Of a stretch of 46,879 nucleotides of DNA, positions 18,122 through 28,584 are shown one piece after another. The stretch is from the IMG/VR virus record IMGVR_UViG_3300015370_000022, positions 1 to 46,879 of that record, one strand, 5' to 3'. A model generated the notes under the pieces. It was not told where the DNA came from. It ran no database searches and saw only the letters and a list, made by a program, of their open reading frames with translations. Source of the stretch: a virus (Duplodnaviria; Caudoviricetes). Made by a program: the position numbers and the translations under genes. Each line of letters opens with the position of its first letter. The stretch's first letter is position 1.

Positions 18122-21100
18122 CTATTGCTGAGTGTAAAACATTTGATAGTATCTTTCGACCTCTGGATTGGTAACTCGCATCTGCTTTCTAACCTTTGAT
18201 ATGAGCCTATTTAATCTCTGCTCCTGCCATTTTGTTTTAGGCTTACCAAGAAGTTTTATTGCCTTATCTTCAACCTGCCAGTATGGTTTTAACACTTCCT
18301 TTGCCTTTTGTAGTTCTTGGAAAAGAGACGGGTAATCAGCATACTTTTCATTCCGATATTCAAGGGCACGCTCAAAGTCATCATCTCCATACTTGCGCTT
18401 TAATCCTTCCAGAAACTCATTATAGGCGTCAAAGTTAAATATGCCAAACTCATCTTCAAACATACCAGAAAAGGTAGCTCGTATAAGCTCGTCAGAGGCT
18501 AATTCCCATCGGTATTCCCTATTGACTTCTCTTGGCTCTTCTACCTTTTTTAGTATCTCAGCGTAGCGAGGATTACGGTTAATATGGTCTAATGTAGCAC
18601 CATAGCCAGTGTTGGCATCTGCAACGGCTTCCTTAAAATCAAAGCCAGTTATCAAACCAGCATCATAGGCTTTCTGTGCGTTCTCAATGGCTTCTTGGTG
18701 TAAAAATCGGGCATCATCTTGGTCTCTACCATGCTCCAACCAAGCAACTCTATCGGCTCGCCCCTGCCGTGTCATCCTCTCTTCTATCTCTTCCTGAAAT
18801 TTCGTAACTTCAGGGGTTTGATCAATTCTTCTCTTTTGTAGTAAATCAAGTTGGTCATAAGGTATTCCATGCTCCTCTTGTGCCAATCTATCCTTAGTCT
18901 CTTCTTGTAATTCCCATGCCCCTTTAGGGAATGTCCGCAAGCCAGATAGCTCCCCAATAAAAACAGCAGGGTTACGATGCTCTGGTTCTAGGATAGCTCT
19001 CTGCATAGCAATGGGTAATGCCTTTTCCGCCAGAAACTTGCCCCATGAAGTGGCATCTTCCAATGGCTCACCAAAGAAATTCTTTTGCTCAATAGCAGCC
19101 CCCACAGCAAATCCAGTTAATACCGAAGACCGAGAAAACATAAACTTGACAAACGGATTATCAAATCGGCTAAGACTGGTAAAATCCATTCTCTTTTCAG
19201 GGTCAGCCGCCGTGCCAATAACATTAGCCTGCAACCTCATTAGAGAATAAAGGATACCGCCAATACCGAGGTGGCTGTCTCCTATCTTGATTGTCATAAA
19301 AGTAGGTGAGTTTATATTCAAGTCAGGTTTCTGTCCTAGAGCGGTACAAGCCCCATAATAATAGGTCATACCCGCAGCCATCAAAGACCCTAATCCCTTA
19401 CGAGCTTCAGCTCCAGCAATTCCACCTCTCATTATATCAGCGACATAAGACATTCCCGCTCTGGTATATCTTGGAGCAAAAAACACAAAAGCACTCTCAA
19501 AGTCTGTCTGCCCCCTACCCATACCTAGTGCTTCCATTGACATTACACCCGTCATGCGGTCAATGCTGCGGACTAATTCCCTACCAGCAGCAACGTCAAG
19601 AACTCCATTTGGCTGGAGGGCTTTAACTCTCAACGCTTCCCACATATAATTACGAGTAGCTTCACCATAACCAGAGAAGGCTATTTCAGCACGCCCATAG
19701 GTTTCTTGTATTCCCCTTCTAAGCCCAGCACCAATTTTAGGTGCTTTTTCTGCTGCCCTCTGCACAGGAGCTAGTGCTTCAAAGAACTCAAAAGTAGAAC
19801 GAGACCCGCCAAGTGTCCATCTCTCGGCAGCTAACGCCCTGACCTTCGGCTGTATCATATACTGGAAGAAGTCATCGGGCTTTACAAAGAAGCGGAATTG
19901 TTTTGCAACACCACTAGCCCACGCCACAGGATTTCTACCCAACACAGCTAACCCCTGAATGAATGGGGCAGAAAAGTCCAATGCAGCTACTGCCAGCCTA
20001 CCAACTCCTGATACCTGAGCCATATCTCTAAGCCACTTGCTACTCTGCTTGCCCATTTGAGCTTCAGCAAGTTTCACAACTTCGGCATCAAATATCCTAT
20101 TTCTAAAAGCAGGATGCCTTTGAAACTTAGCCAGCCTATAAAATATCTGTCCAGTTGCTTCTCTATAAGGTTGAGCTAATTTTCTATACTGCTGTTTTAG
20201 TGGGGTTAATTCTGTTTTAGTAGCTTTTAATAACTCGTCAGCTTCCTGCCTGACTGTTTTCAACGCATCGTCAACAAACTCTTTGCGTGATTGATAAACT
20301 GCCTTATAGGCTTGTCTTATAGCCTTATTAGTTGTAGTGTTGGTTAGGTTCAAAGACCGCACCATATCATCTATTTCACGAGCCAATATCTTACCTTTTT
20401 GTCTGTTAAATTGCCCCATTATTATCTTGAGACTTCGGGCATTTATCTTCGTCTCCTTCCCTATTGTGCGGGCAAGAGCATCCATGAGCTTTGTCGCTTC
20501 TTTCGGGGAGATAGAAAAGGCCTGTTCAATCCTCTCCATGGCTTCAGGCATACCCCGCCTGATTTTAGAGACGACAGCACCTGGGATAGAATCACCACGA
20601 TAACCTTTTAATGTTTTAAGAGTTTTAATTAAATAAGATGCCGACCCAGCTTGTGTTCCCAGTTGAGCCATCTTTTCAATTAGTTGAGGTTCTATAAGAG
20701 ACACCATCTCAGGAATGGTTAATCCCAACTTCCTGACTTCATCATCAAACCTCTTAGTGGCTATATTCTTAAAGTAGTGGTCTATTGTGGCTGCGATACT
20801 TTTTAGTGGGTCTCTACCATACCTGACCCCCGCTGTAATACCTTCCTCCATTGTATTGTAGTGCCGAGCCATCTCAAACCGAGCACCATACTCACTTGCC
20901 TCATATACAGTCCTATCACCTATGGTAACTTCCTTACCCTCAACCATCCTGTGGAAAAAAGGCTTCTTTGGAATGCCTTCTTTAGTAGTCAGTTCAGCTA
21001 ACTCATCAAGTATCTTCCTGCCTTCCCTGACGATAGCCTCAGCTTGTGTAGTCGTATAAGTATAGAGGTCTGGGTTCTCAAATACCTCAGATAACCCCTT

Positions 21101-22186
21101 GCCTAAAGTATTCCCCTCTTCTGGCATAGCTGTCATTACCCTGCCGACATCATCAACTTGTAACGCTTTAGTAACATCACCACGAGAAGCCAATGCCTGC
21201 ATTCTTGGTAATTGAAGACCCTTATAGCCATGCCTCATATCCCGTATGATAGCTTGATTGACAATCTCCCGCCTCACCACATCAGTTACTGGAACTCTAA
21301 CACCTACTTTATTTACAACGACCAATCTCTGAGTAGCAATATCCATAGCAGGATAGACCTCACCCACATTACGAGCAAAAGCAGACTCGCCCCCAACCGC
21401 TTTTACAACACCACCAATGACGCGTTTGTTTTCAGCCCAATGAGCAATGTTTCTAAACCAATTCTGCTTATAACCTGCATTAAGAACCTCTTTAGCTGGT
21501 AATTCTAATGCTTCCCCAACCCTCATTGCTCTAGCAAGTTTCTCCCCTGTAGCCATAGCCTTTGCCCCTTTTATCCAAGTAAACCACGGCATCCACCATA
21601 AAGGCATAGAAAATTCAGCTACTCCCTTTACATAAGTAGGGGCTTTCCAAGCTTCGTATTCCCGCTTTTGATGCTCAAACCAATTCTCTCCCTTTTGCCA
21701 GGGTAAAGATGGCGAGAATGGGGCAGTTATAATAGCTGCCCAAGGTTTTTCCAGTTTCTCATGAATAAATTCAAAGGCTGGAGCCACTTTCTCAAGTCCT
21801 TTGGGTAAAAGGGGAACTTTGCTTAAAGCTCCACCTATTCTAGGCTCAACTGCTTGCTCCCACCATTCTTTAGGTTGCTCATACCAAGGAACTTCTCTCT
21901 CTCCAAGCGAAATAGGTGGCACAGCAGGAGGTTCTGCCGTAGGAGCTTGCGGTATTGTCCACTTTGCAGTTGTGGGTGGTATGGTTGGAGCAAAGGGTTG
22001 ATAGGTAGGAGTTTCAACTTCAGGTATTTGTGGTCTGGGTGGACGCCATTGAGGCGGTTCAACCATAGGAGTTTCGCTTTCTATAGTTGTAGGCTCTTCA
22101 CGCTTCCTGAGTTCCTCAAGCCTTGCTTCTTCCTCAGCTATGCTATCTAAAAGAGTTCTGGTTTTGGGTATCCAACCTACTGGCAT
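18122..22186 (-). CDS. large internal virion / DNA ejection-type protein
   Basis: 1354 aa, Pro-rich N-terminus, mostly helical, between portal and scaffold. Confidence 0.65.
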   Translation of the reverse strand: MPVGWIPKTRTLLDSIAEEEARLEELRKREEPTTIESETPMVEPPQWRPPRPQIPEVETPTYQPFAPTIPPTTAKWTIPQAPTAEPPAVPPISLGEREVPWYEQPKEWWEQAVEPRIGGALSKVPLLPKGLEKVAPAFEFIHEKLEKPWAAIITAPFSPSLPWQKGENWFEHQKREYEAWKAPTYVKGVAEFSMPLWWMPWFTWIKGAKAMATGEKLARAMRVGEALELPAKEVLNAGYKQNWFRNIAHWAENKRVIGGVVKAVGGESAFARNVGEVYPAMDIATQRLVVVNKVGVRVPVTDVVRREIVNQAIIRDMRHGYKGLQLPRMQALASRGDVTKALQVDDVGRVMTAMPEEGNTLGKGLSEVFENPDLYTYTTTQAEAIVREGRKILDELAELTTKEGIPKKPFFHRMVEGKEVTIGDRTVYEASEYGARFEMARHYNTMEEGITAGVRYGRDPLKSIAATIDHYFKNIATKRFDDEVRKLGLTIPEMVSLIEPQLIEKMAQLGTQAGSASYLIKTLKTLKGYRGDSIPGAVVSKIRRGMPEAMERIEQAFSISPKEATKLMDALARTIGKETKINARSLKIIMGQFNRQKGKILAREIDDMVRSLNLTNTTTNKAIRQAYKAVYQSRKEFVDDALKTVRQEADELLKATKTELTPLKQQYRKLAQPYREATGQIFYRLAKFQRHPAFRNRIFDAEVVKLAEAQMGKQSSKWLRDMAQVSGVGRLAVAALDFSAPFIQGLAVLGRNPVAWASGVAKQFRFFVKPDDFFQYMIQPKVRALAAERWTLGGSRSTFEFFEALAPVQRAAEKAPKIGAGLRRGIQETYGRAEIAFSGYGEATRNYMWEALRVKALQPNGVLDVAAGRELVRSIDRMTGVMSMEALGMGRGQTDFESAFVFFAPRYTRAGMSYVADIMRGGIAGAEARKGLGSLMAAGMTYYYGACTALGQKPDLNINSPTFMTIKIGDSHLGIGGILYSLMRLQANVIGTAADPEKRMDFTSLSRFDNPFVKFMFSRSSVLTGFAVGAAIEQKNFFGEPLEDATSWGKFLAEKALPIAMQRAILEPEHRNPAVFIGELSGLRTFPKGAWELQEETKDRLAQEEHGIPYDQLDLLQKRRIDQTPEVTKFQEEIEERMTRQGRADRVAWLEHGRDQDDARFLHQEAIENAQKAYDAGLITGFDFKEAVADANTGYGATLDHINRNPRYAEILKKVEEPREVNREYRWELASDELIRATFSGMFEDEFGIFNFDAYNEFLEGLKRKYGDDDFERALEYRNEKYADYPSLFQELQKAKEVLKPYWQVEDKAIKLLGKPKTKWQEQRLNRLISKVRKQMRVTNPEVERYYQMFYTQQ

Positions 22187-22206
22187 AATTACTCCTTAAA
22201 TAGAAG

Positions 22207-23493
22207 TCATTGTCTGGTGGGTGTCCAGCTTGTGCGACCTACACCACCAGGAGCAGTTGGTCTCATCATTTCCATCTGACCTAGTATATTGCGGTAAGTT
22301 CCCACACCACCCATCCACTCAGCTAGCCCACCGAACTTCTGTTGCGTTGCCCAAGGCGTTTGCCCCCACTGCTGAAGACTTGGCGTTGTAAGTTGCATCT
22401 TCTGGCTTATCGGTTGCCCAGCTTCCCCCCTAGTTACAAACGGGGATAACTCTTCAGGTAATGGCGGAGTAGTAGGTCTTCCAACTTGAGGAGACCAATA
22501 CCCTGTTTCCATACCCTCTTTAGCTATTCTTTGCTGCTCTTGAATTGCGGGGTCGTGTGTTTTGTGTTGCCAATCTAACAACTTTTGTTCATCTTGAACC
22601 AGTTTAGTTAAAGTTTTAGCTCTTTTATATTCAACTGGTTCTTCTCCTGTGATAAACCCACTTTCTCCAGAAATCCAAGAACCTGCTGTTTCAAAGGCTT
22701 TTAAGGCAGCAGCTTCGTGCTCCTTAATCAAACCCTCAGTTCTAGTTATTTCAGCTAAGGCTGACAATGCGTTTTCTTGGCGGGTAGGTGGAGTTGGCTG
22801 CCAGGGTGATGGCATATTTCTCGCCTGCCATAACTTCACCCAGTTTATCGGCCCACCAGCCATCAGGTCTCGTTCTAAGAGAGCTATATCCCTTTCATAT
22901 TCCTCTCTTGAGATGCCAGTGGGGCCAGTAGGTTGACGCATCTGCCACGCCAATTGCTGTTCTTCTAAGGTTTGCCCTCTCTCCCATTGGGCTTGTGATA
23001 CTCCAAATCGCCTTCTACTTTCCTCAGCTTCCATTAAGGCTTGTTCTTTTAACCACTGTTGGTATTCAGACATTGGCTCAATAGGAAAACCATCATCTTC
23101 ACGGGTTATTTGCCATCGCCCACCTGTATATTCACCAGTAGGAGACCACTCAGACCATTCCCACTTCATACCTTCAGGTGGAGTTATTCCAGGTGCACCA
23201 AGTTCCTTTGATTTAATGGCTTCCTCATAAGGTAAGGGATATTTAGCTACTGCCCCTGTCGGTGTCGGTGTAGGTGTCGAAGGTTGAGTATATTGGTCAT
23301 ACAGCCTAGATAAATTTCCTTGAACATAATTCCGTAAAATAGGGGAATTTATGCTTAGATGTTCCAACCCATATACCATCTCCATTCCCCCAGGTAAACT
23401 TGATTCAAGCCACTTCCAGAATTCCTCTGGATAACTACCAAAGCCACCTCCACGAATTGTTTTCCAAGCCCAAGACCGTCTTATATCTGGCAT
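22207..23493 (-). CDS. Pro/Gln-rich virion (ejection-type) protein
   Basis: 428 aa, coupled to the upstream gene (TAATG). Confidence 0.6.
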   Translation of the reverse strand: MPDIRRSWAWKTIRGGGFGSYPEEFWKWLESSLPGGMEMVYGLEHLSINSPILRNYVQGNLSRLYDQYTQPSTPTPTPTGAVAKYPLPYEEAIKSKELGAPGITPPEGMKWEWSEWSPTGEYTGGRWQITREDDGFPIEPMSEYQQWLKEQALMEAEESRRRFGVSQAQWERGQTLEEQQLAWQMRQPTGPTGISREEYERDIALLERDLMAGGPINWVKLWQARNMPSPWQPTPPTRQENALSALAEITRTEGLIKEHEAAALKAFETAGSWISGESGFITGEEPVEYKRAKTLTKLVQDEQKLLDWQHKTHDPAIQEQQRIAKEGMETGYWSPQVGRPTTPPLPEELSPFVTRGEAGQPISQKMQLTTPSLQQWGQTPWATQQKFGGLAEWMGGVGTYRNILGQMEMMRPTAPGGVGRTSWTPTRQ

Positions 23494-23747
23494 TATCTTG
23501 CCCTCCTCTGTTTTAATGCTTCCATCTCATCCCGCCAACCCACCGCTGCCTCCAACCCCTGAGTATTGGCTATCTGCTCAAATTTCTCATAACCCATATT
23601 TTCATATTCGTAAAGAGCTTCATCATTCGATACAGGCTCTTTATCAAAAGGATTAGTCCCTTTGAATTCTTTAGCCATTTTATCGGACACACGCTCAATA
23701 CGGTTGAGCATCTTATCCATAATTCTATCATATCTATTCTTACGCAT
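23493..23747 (-). CDS. hypothetical protein
   Basis: 84 aa overlapping the portal stop; AGGAG RBS. Confidence 0.7.
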   Translation of the reverse strand: MRKNRYDRIMDKMLNRIERVSDKMAKEFKGTNPFDKEPVSNDEALYEYENMGYEKFEQIANTQGLEAAVGWRDEMEALKQRRAR

Positions 23748-25461
23748 TAGCTGTTCTCCTACCCCCTCTCTGATATTCTGACTGCTCTAATCCTTCTGGC
23801 GATTGAATATTACCAGTTCTCGGCTCTCCACCCTGTGAACCGAATTGAGCACCAAGAGGGAATTGCTTAATCTTCTTTTCCAACTCCATTCTCCTCGCTC
23901 TTAACGCTTCTAAATCCTCAGACATACCCGACTTTTCCGCAGCCCTTACCTGCATCAACTCGGCAATATCTGGGCTTTGGAACATATAACGTTCAGCTAA
24001 TATTTGGTCAATTTCATCATCCGCTTCATCTTGAGTTAATCCTTGATAATTAACTAAATTACTACGCAAACTCAACTGCCCCATTTGAACCATAGTGCGT
24101 CCCGACAAAGACTTTCTATCGGCTTCTATGGGGTCTTTCTCTTTGAGTTCTACTTCAATATCAAACTCAGCTTCTAGAAGTTCCTTGCTTATATCACTCG
24201 GCTTCAATGTCGGTACAGTTTTATAAATTGACCACGCCATTTTAAGAGCAGTTGCCCACGCATTTTCAGTATTCTCGATTACAGTATCATACCGCTTCAT
24301 TGCTGATAGCGAAGATAAGTCCTGCTGCCTACCACTTGAACCCGATGGGAAACCCGCCATTGTAAACGGATACCTCTGCATAAGTTCAGCTTTAACATTC
24401 GCATAGCTGATATACATTTCAGGCGGAGGTGCAAGGTATTTATCATCCACGAATGTTGTCCCCGCAGGAACATTCTCTAAAACATTAGCCGCATAAGCTC
24501 CCCACTCAAACTCCTTAAACTGCTCTTTGTTAATCTCACCTGGCGTGAATAAGGTCTTTGGTTTATGAGCAAATATATTCTCAATACTGGCAATGTTACT
24601 CCCCTTTATACATTCCTCCTTGAGTTTATCCCGTGAGAAACGAATATCGCTAACTATTAGATTAGCTAACTCACCATCAGGGGAACGCCTCCCAAACCCA
24701 GAATACTTACGGACAAAGGGCACAAAGCCATAAATATTTGGTTGAATACCACCACTTAATACTGGCTCATCATCCGCCTCGAAATAAACAGAATCCTTAT
24801 CCCAGTATTCAAACCACTTAACTTTCTCTTTACTACCAATACCTACCCCCTTCGGGTTTCTCCAAGAAGGATAGCGAACTATAACATCCTGCGGTTGTCT
24901 CTCGTAAATAATAATCACCCTGTTAGGAATCCCTGCATTCGGCTCCCATCCACAATTATCCTCTTCGGGTGAGCCATAGATAACCATTGGGTCAGGGACA
25001 AGAAATAAAACAGGTAACCCACGCCTATCAAAAGCTGGCTCCCCGTTCTTATCTTTCCCTACAGTGTTAGTAACCCACATCTCGTTATGACAGAGTTTAA
25101 GGTAACTCTCCCCACGACCCAATTCATTCTTTACATATTCCTTAAAGGGGTTAGGATTTTGAAGGCGTAAAATTGGAATCCACTCCTGATTGATTATTCG
25201 GCTAATCTTGTTGGCGAGGTCGGCCTTCCCCTTTCTCATATAGATAGATGCTTGCGGGTTAGAGGTTACAATTTGCTCTGCCGATGAGTTTACTATCTCA
25301 TTCCCAAGACCAGACCTTAAAGGTTTGTGCGGAGACTTTATCTCTGGAACCAAAAAACTATCATTGATATAACCTAAATCTTCTCCCTGTTCCTTTCGTG
25401 TCTGAAGATAAAGCTCCTCATAATGCGTTTTGAACTTCTTTATCTTATCAATTGTTATCAT
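23740..25461 (-). CDS. portal protein
   Basis: 573 aa immediately after terL; LVPDPMVIY and NIYGFVPFV portal-like motifs. Confidence 0.8.
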   Translation of the reverse strand: MITIDKIKKFKTHYEELYLQTRKEQGEDLGYINDSFLVPEIKSPHKPLRSGLGNEIVNSSAEQIVTSNPQASIYMRKGKADLANKISRIINQEWIPILRLQNPNPFKEYVKNELGRGESYLKLCHNEMWVTNTVGKDKNGEPAFDRRGLPVLFLVPDPMVIYGSPEEDNCGWEPNAGIPNRVIIIYERQPQDVIVRYPSWRNPKGVGIGSKEKVKWFEYWDKDSVYFEADDEPVLSGGIQPNIYGFVPFVRKYSGFGRRSPDGELANLIVSDIRFSRDKLKEECIKGSNIASIENIFAHKPKTLFTPGEINKEQFKEFEWGAYAANVLENVPAGTTFVDDKYLAPPPEMYISYANVKAELMQRYPFTMAGFPSGSSGRQQDLSSLSAMKRYDTVIENTENAWATALKMAWSIYKTVPTLKPSDISKELLEAEFDIEVELKEKDPIEADRKSLSGRTMVQMGQLSLRSNLVNYQGLTQDEADDEIDQILAERYMFQSPDIAELMQVRAAEKSGMSEDLEALRARRMELEKKIKQFPLGAQFGSQGGEPRTGNIQSPEGLEQSEYQRGGRRTANA

Positions 25462-25472
25462 GTAACCTCCGA

Positions 25473-26969
25473 CTATCCCTTATATTTGAAATGAAAGCCA
25501 CCTATGTTACCCGTTGTAACATATTTCCTCAGATGCCATACTCTAGCCCAAGCATCGATATAATCGTCATGCCCTCCTCTTGGCTTCTGCGGGTCTGCCC
25601 CCTCTGGCACGATAAATTGATTAAATTCATCAAGACATTCCTTACTGTGCGGTATTATTTGTCCTAACCTGACTGCCTCCTCCAAGTCCCAAATGACAAC
25701 ATCCCATAATGATTTGCTTGTCCACCAACCCTTTTTACCACTGGTAGTATCAAGCGTGAATGGGCGTTTGTTTACATTAAGCGAAGGGCATATATTGGGA
25801 GTATTAAGCTCCTTTAATTTAGTAGCTACAATTCCCCCTGCCCCACCTGGCCCCGACTCATAGCCATTAAAAGCATTATTATATAATCTAACTAAATCAT
25901 CGTGTATCTGAGCACATAAGTCGGCGGGTGTCTTCCCATGAGATTCCGCTACTTCTTCCCCAGTTCTAGCGTCCATTACTATTATAGCATGAGGGTCTTC
26001 CTTCCCCTCAGATGGATCATTAAATAAACAATATCTAGTACCCACTACAGGTAGTCTATAGAGCCTTACCACACCACTATATTTAGTGGATAGTTCATGT
26101 TCTATAGGTTCTTTAATATCCTGATACATCTGAGCCAAATCGCCAAAGAACTTGCGTGTTTGTAGAGTTGTCAGCATATCATCTTCGGTGGCTGGGTACT
26201 CGCCCTCCCTCTGCCATGATGCCATGCCATTAGTTTCGCTCTCATACCATTCCTGAGTCCTGCCAGGACGAATAAACCAGGGTAGAAATATATTGAAAAA
26301 GCCATTCTCCCCAGACCGAGCTTGGGCATACAGAGTCTTAAAAAACGTGCCCATCTTTAACTTATCCGCAGTGGATAACCCAATGAACTGCCCGCCAGCA
26401 CTTATAGTGGGTCTGAGAGCACCATAGTTGGGTTCAGCATAAGGATGTTTCTCCCACTCGTCACATACTACAATACTTGCATCAGTGGAACGACCAGCAT
26501 CCTCAGTTGAGGGAAGTGATTTAATTTCCCCCCTTGTAGATGGAAACGCAATATGACCTCGCTGGTCAGGATTACGTGACTCTTTGAGAAAGTCGGGTAA
26601 ATTGTCATCTATGAACTTGCACTTGTCAACAAGGTCGAAGGCTTCATCTTCCCTGTAGGATAGCATTAAAACTTTAGCATTTTGGAAAAACTTCGCCTTC
26701 CAAAGACAATAAGCCGTTACCAACCAAGATATTCCTAGCTGGCGTGCCTTGCCTATGACGATAAACCGATGAGCAAGAAAGTGCTTGGCTAACCAAACAA
26801 GATAAGCCCAAGACTCCCACTTAATCGTTTGGAGCTTGGCTCTGTCCTGTATCCAAACATAATTCTGGAGGAAGTACAGAAAGCTCCTCTTGCACTTCCT
26901 CCACTCGGTAACCGCCGTCTCTAAGCTCTCTCTCTGCTCTAAGTGAGGCTCTTGCAATAAGACTGCCAT
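25473..26969 (-). CDS. terL: terminase large subunit
   Basis: KARQLGISW Walker A, VVCDE Walker B, LST coupling motif, DPSEG and HDDYIDA nuclease residues. Confidence 0.95.
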   Translation of the reverse strand: MAVLLQEPHLEQRESLETAVTEWRKCKRSFLYFLQNYVWIQDRAKLQTIKWESWAYLVWLAKHFLAHRFIVIGKARQLGISWLVTAYCLWKAKFFQNAKVLMLSYREDEAFDLVDKCKFIDDNLPDFLKESRNPDQRGHIAFPSTRGEIKSLPSTEDAGRSTDASIVVCDEWEKHPYAEPNYGALRPTISAGGQFIGLSTADKLKMGTFFKTLYAQARSGENGFFNIFLPWFIRPGRTQEWYESETNGMASWQREGEYPATEDDMLTTLQTRKFFGDLAQMYQDIKEPIEHELSTKYSGVVRLYRLPVVGTRYCLFNDPSEGKEDPHAIIVMDARTGEEVAESHGKTPADLCAQIHDDLVRLYNNAFNGYESGPGGAGGIVATKLKELNTPNICPSLNVNKRPFTLDTTSGKKGWWTSKSLWDVVIWDLEEAVRLGQIIPHSKECLDEFNQFIVPEGADPQKPRGGHDDYIDAWARVWHLRKYVTTGNIGGFHFKYKG

Positions 26970-27405
26970 CTATCTTTAATGTCGTCTCCTGTTTCTCTAT
27001 TAGCATTCCTAACATCCGTATGGCTAAATCTTTGTCTTTGGCAGACGCATCTTTCAACATCGCATCCCCATAAACTTTGCGGGCAAGAGCTAACTTCTCA
27101 TCACCTGTTATAACAGTTATATTCCGACCAGTAATATCCTTCCTCCGCTCTGGTGGCTCTTTCCCATCAAGTCTTTCCCACGCATCTGTTACTGTTTGTT
27201 TTAATTCCTGTTTGTGATTTTCAACTTCCCTCTTGGTAAGTGCCTTCTTCTCAGCATTATATTGCCCCTCCAATCTGTAAAAGGTCGGCTTCTGGATTGC
27301 GTATCTTTTAAGAAATTGGGGTAAGGCTAATCTCTGTTCTATAGGAGTATTAAGATAACCGTATATAAGTGTCTTTCGATTATTAGTTCCATATTTGTTT
27401 CCCAT
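26821..27405 (-). CDS. putative terminase small subunit
   Basis: Directly upstream of and overlapping terL; HTH-like N-terminus, helical core. Confidence 0.6.
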   Translation of the reverse strand: MGNKYGTNNRKTLIYGYLNTPIEQRLALPQFLKRYAIQKPTFYRLEGQYNAEKKALTKREVENHKQELKQTVTDAWERLDGKEPPERRKDITGRNITVITGDEKLALARKVYGDAMLKDASAKDKDLAIRMLGMLIEKQETTLKIDGSLIARASLRAERELRDGGYRVEEVQEELSVLPPELCLDTGQSQAPND

Positions 27406-27564
27406 TTATTTCTTCTTTTTCCTCGAAGGCACCCACCCATGAGCTACCCCACGAAGTAAATTCGCCTGCTCCTCAGCTTTCTCTTTGGTCGTCTCCTTAG
27501 CAGATACCTTCCCCCCATGCGTGACCCTGTACCCATCTACTTTTTTAATCTTTACTGGACTCAT
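27406..27564 (-). CDS. small basic protein (MSPVKIKKVDGYRV...)
   Basis: AAGGGGG RBS before ATG at 27564; first gene after a late promoter. Confidence 0.7.
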   Translation of the reverse strand: MSPVKIKKVDGYRVTHGGKVSAKETTKEKAEEQANLLRGVAHGWVPSRKKKK

Positions 27565-27586
27565 TGGTAATACCCCCTTTCTTTCT

Positions 27587-27615
27587 ATTATACCATAGCC
27601 CCCTATAATCGGTAA
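27587..27615 (-). promoter_or_regulatory. promoter of the packaging/virion operon
   Basis: TTACCG-17nt-TATAAT with TG extension. Confidence 0.65.
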
Positions 27616-27749
27616 CTTTACATAACCACCAACTGTTTGAAATGTAATTTGTTGGTTCAAGGTTAAACTATAAGGCTCTTCAGCAATTCCCACCAGCTAA
27701 GGCTTCGTAGTTGGCACTACAGGCAAAAGGGTTATTTGAAGCTAGTTAC

Positions 27750-27779
27750 TTGACAATAACACTACACAAGGTATATAGT
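27750..27779 (+). promoter_or_regulatory. sigma70-type promoter, possibly for a small RNA
   Basis: TTGACA-18nt-TATAGT followed by a hairpin at 27783-27831. Confidence 0.45.
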
Positions 27780-27929
27780 GCGACCCAACAGGCACGAATT
27801 GAAGCTAGACTGGTGCCTTTGCGTGTTGGGTGGTGGTTTAACACAGTTGAAGTTAAGACGTGGTTAATCCTGGTGAGGTGATGGTTTAATAACTACAAAG
27901 CTGACTACCCAAAGCTAACGCCATCAGAG

Positions 27930-28100
27930 TTAAGGGATTACATTACCGTCGGCATCCAGGTCAGGGATAACAGTTTCAATTAACCTATTCCCTTGCCTGA
28001 CCATCACCCTATCGCCAATCTTGTGTATAGTGGGGTTATACAGGGGCACTACCGGATTAACTGATTTAGGTGATAGGCCTACTATACGATTGCCTTGCAT
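27930..28100 (-). CDS. small hypothetical protein (MQGNR...PLYNP...PDLDADGNVIP)
   Basis: 56 aa, translated manually; protein-like composition. Confidence 0.5.
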   Translation of the reverse strand: MQGNRIVGLSPKSVNPVVPLYNPTIHKIGDRVMVRQGNRLIETVIPDLDADGNVIP

Positions 28101-28102
28101 AA

Positions 28103-28189
28103 CTAGACCAGAGATAGATGTAACGCCCTGTAACGCCTTACTCTCTCACGTGTAGCCTCTCTCTGCTTTTCCTTATCTCTATATGCCAC
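28103..28189 (-). CDS. leaderless basic peptide (MAYRDKEKQREATRERVRRYR...)
   Basis: GTG 6 nt after TGCTATAAT; basic helix. Confidence 0.5.
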   Translation of the reverse strand: MAYRDKEKQREATRERVRRYRALHLSLV

Positions 28190-28440
28190 GCCTACATTAT
28201 AGCATATGATAGAAATTAGAACTGATGTCTTACTGTAGGATGAATAACTAGGGGTGTTGCTTGGGGGTAGTGATAGTTTAGTATTAAGATGGTCTGAGGC
28301 ACAGCCCGTTTCAACTACTTATGAGCTAGGTTTTCTTATTATGGTATGTCGGTTACCACGAGAGCATTGACAACACAAGTTCATAGCACCGGTCCATATT
28401 GCTATAGTATTCTTAAAGACTCTTGAAAGGGGCTACCTTT

Positions 28441-28469
28441 ATTTTATCATACATCTGGCTCTTTGTCAA
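28441..28469 (-). promoter_or_regulatory. leftward sigma70 promoter
   Basis: TTGACA-17nt-TAAAAT with TG extension. Confidence 0.7.
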
Positions 28470-28538
28470 GTAGAACATTTGTGCTAACTTCATAAAGATT
28501 TCATAAAGAAGTCAAAAATAGTATCCGATAAAGCATTA

Positions 28539-28567
28539 TTGCTTTTGTATATGTGTTATGGTATAAT
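28539..28567 (+). promoter_or_regulatory. rightward (early) sigma70 promoter
   Basis: TTGCTT-17nt-TATAAT with TG extension, followed by AAGGAGG RBS. Confidence 0.75.
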
Positions 28568-28584
28568 TAAGCAAGGAGGACAAT

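Noticed and set aside
10388-22936. Plus-strand ORFs of 60-157 aa opposite the structural genes
   Set aside because: No RBS or coupling, they cover only parts of the sense genes, and they are explained by antisense codon bias, unlike the cassette-spanning shadow frames
26821-26969. terS/terL 149 nt overlap as a programmed frameshift fusion
   Set aside because: Overlaps between terminase subunit genes are common and no clear slippery site with a stimulatory structure was seen
27860-28080. Large plus-strand structured ncRNA
   Set aside because: Several stems can be drawn, but the minus strand encodes a plausible 56 aa protein over most of it; only the 5' hairpin is kept as a candidate
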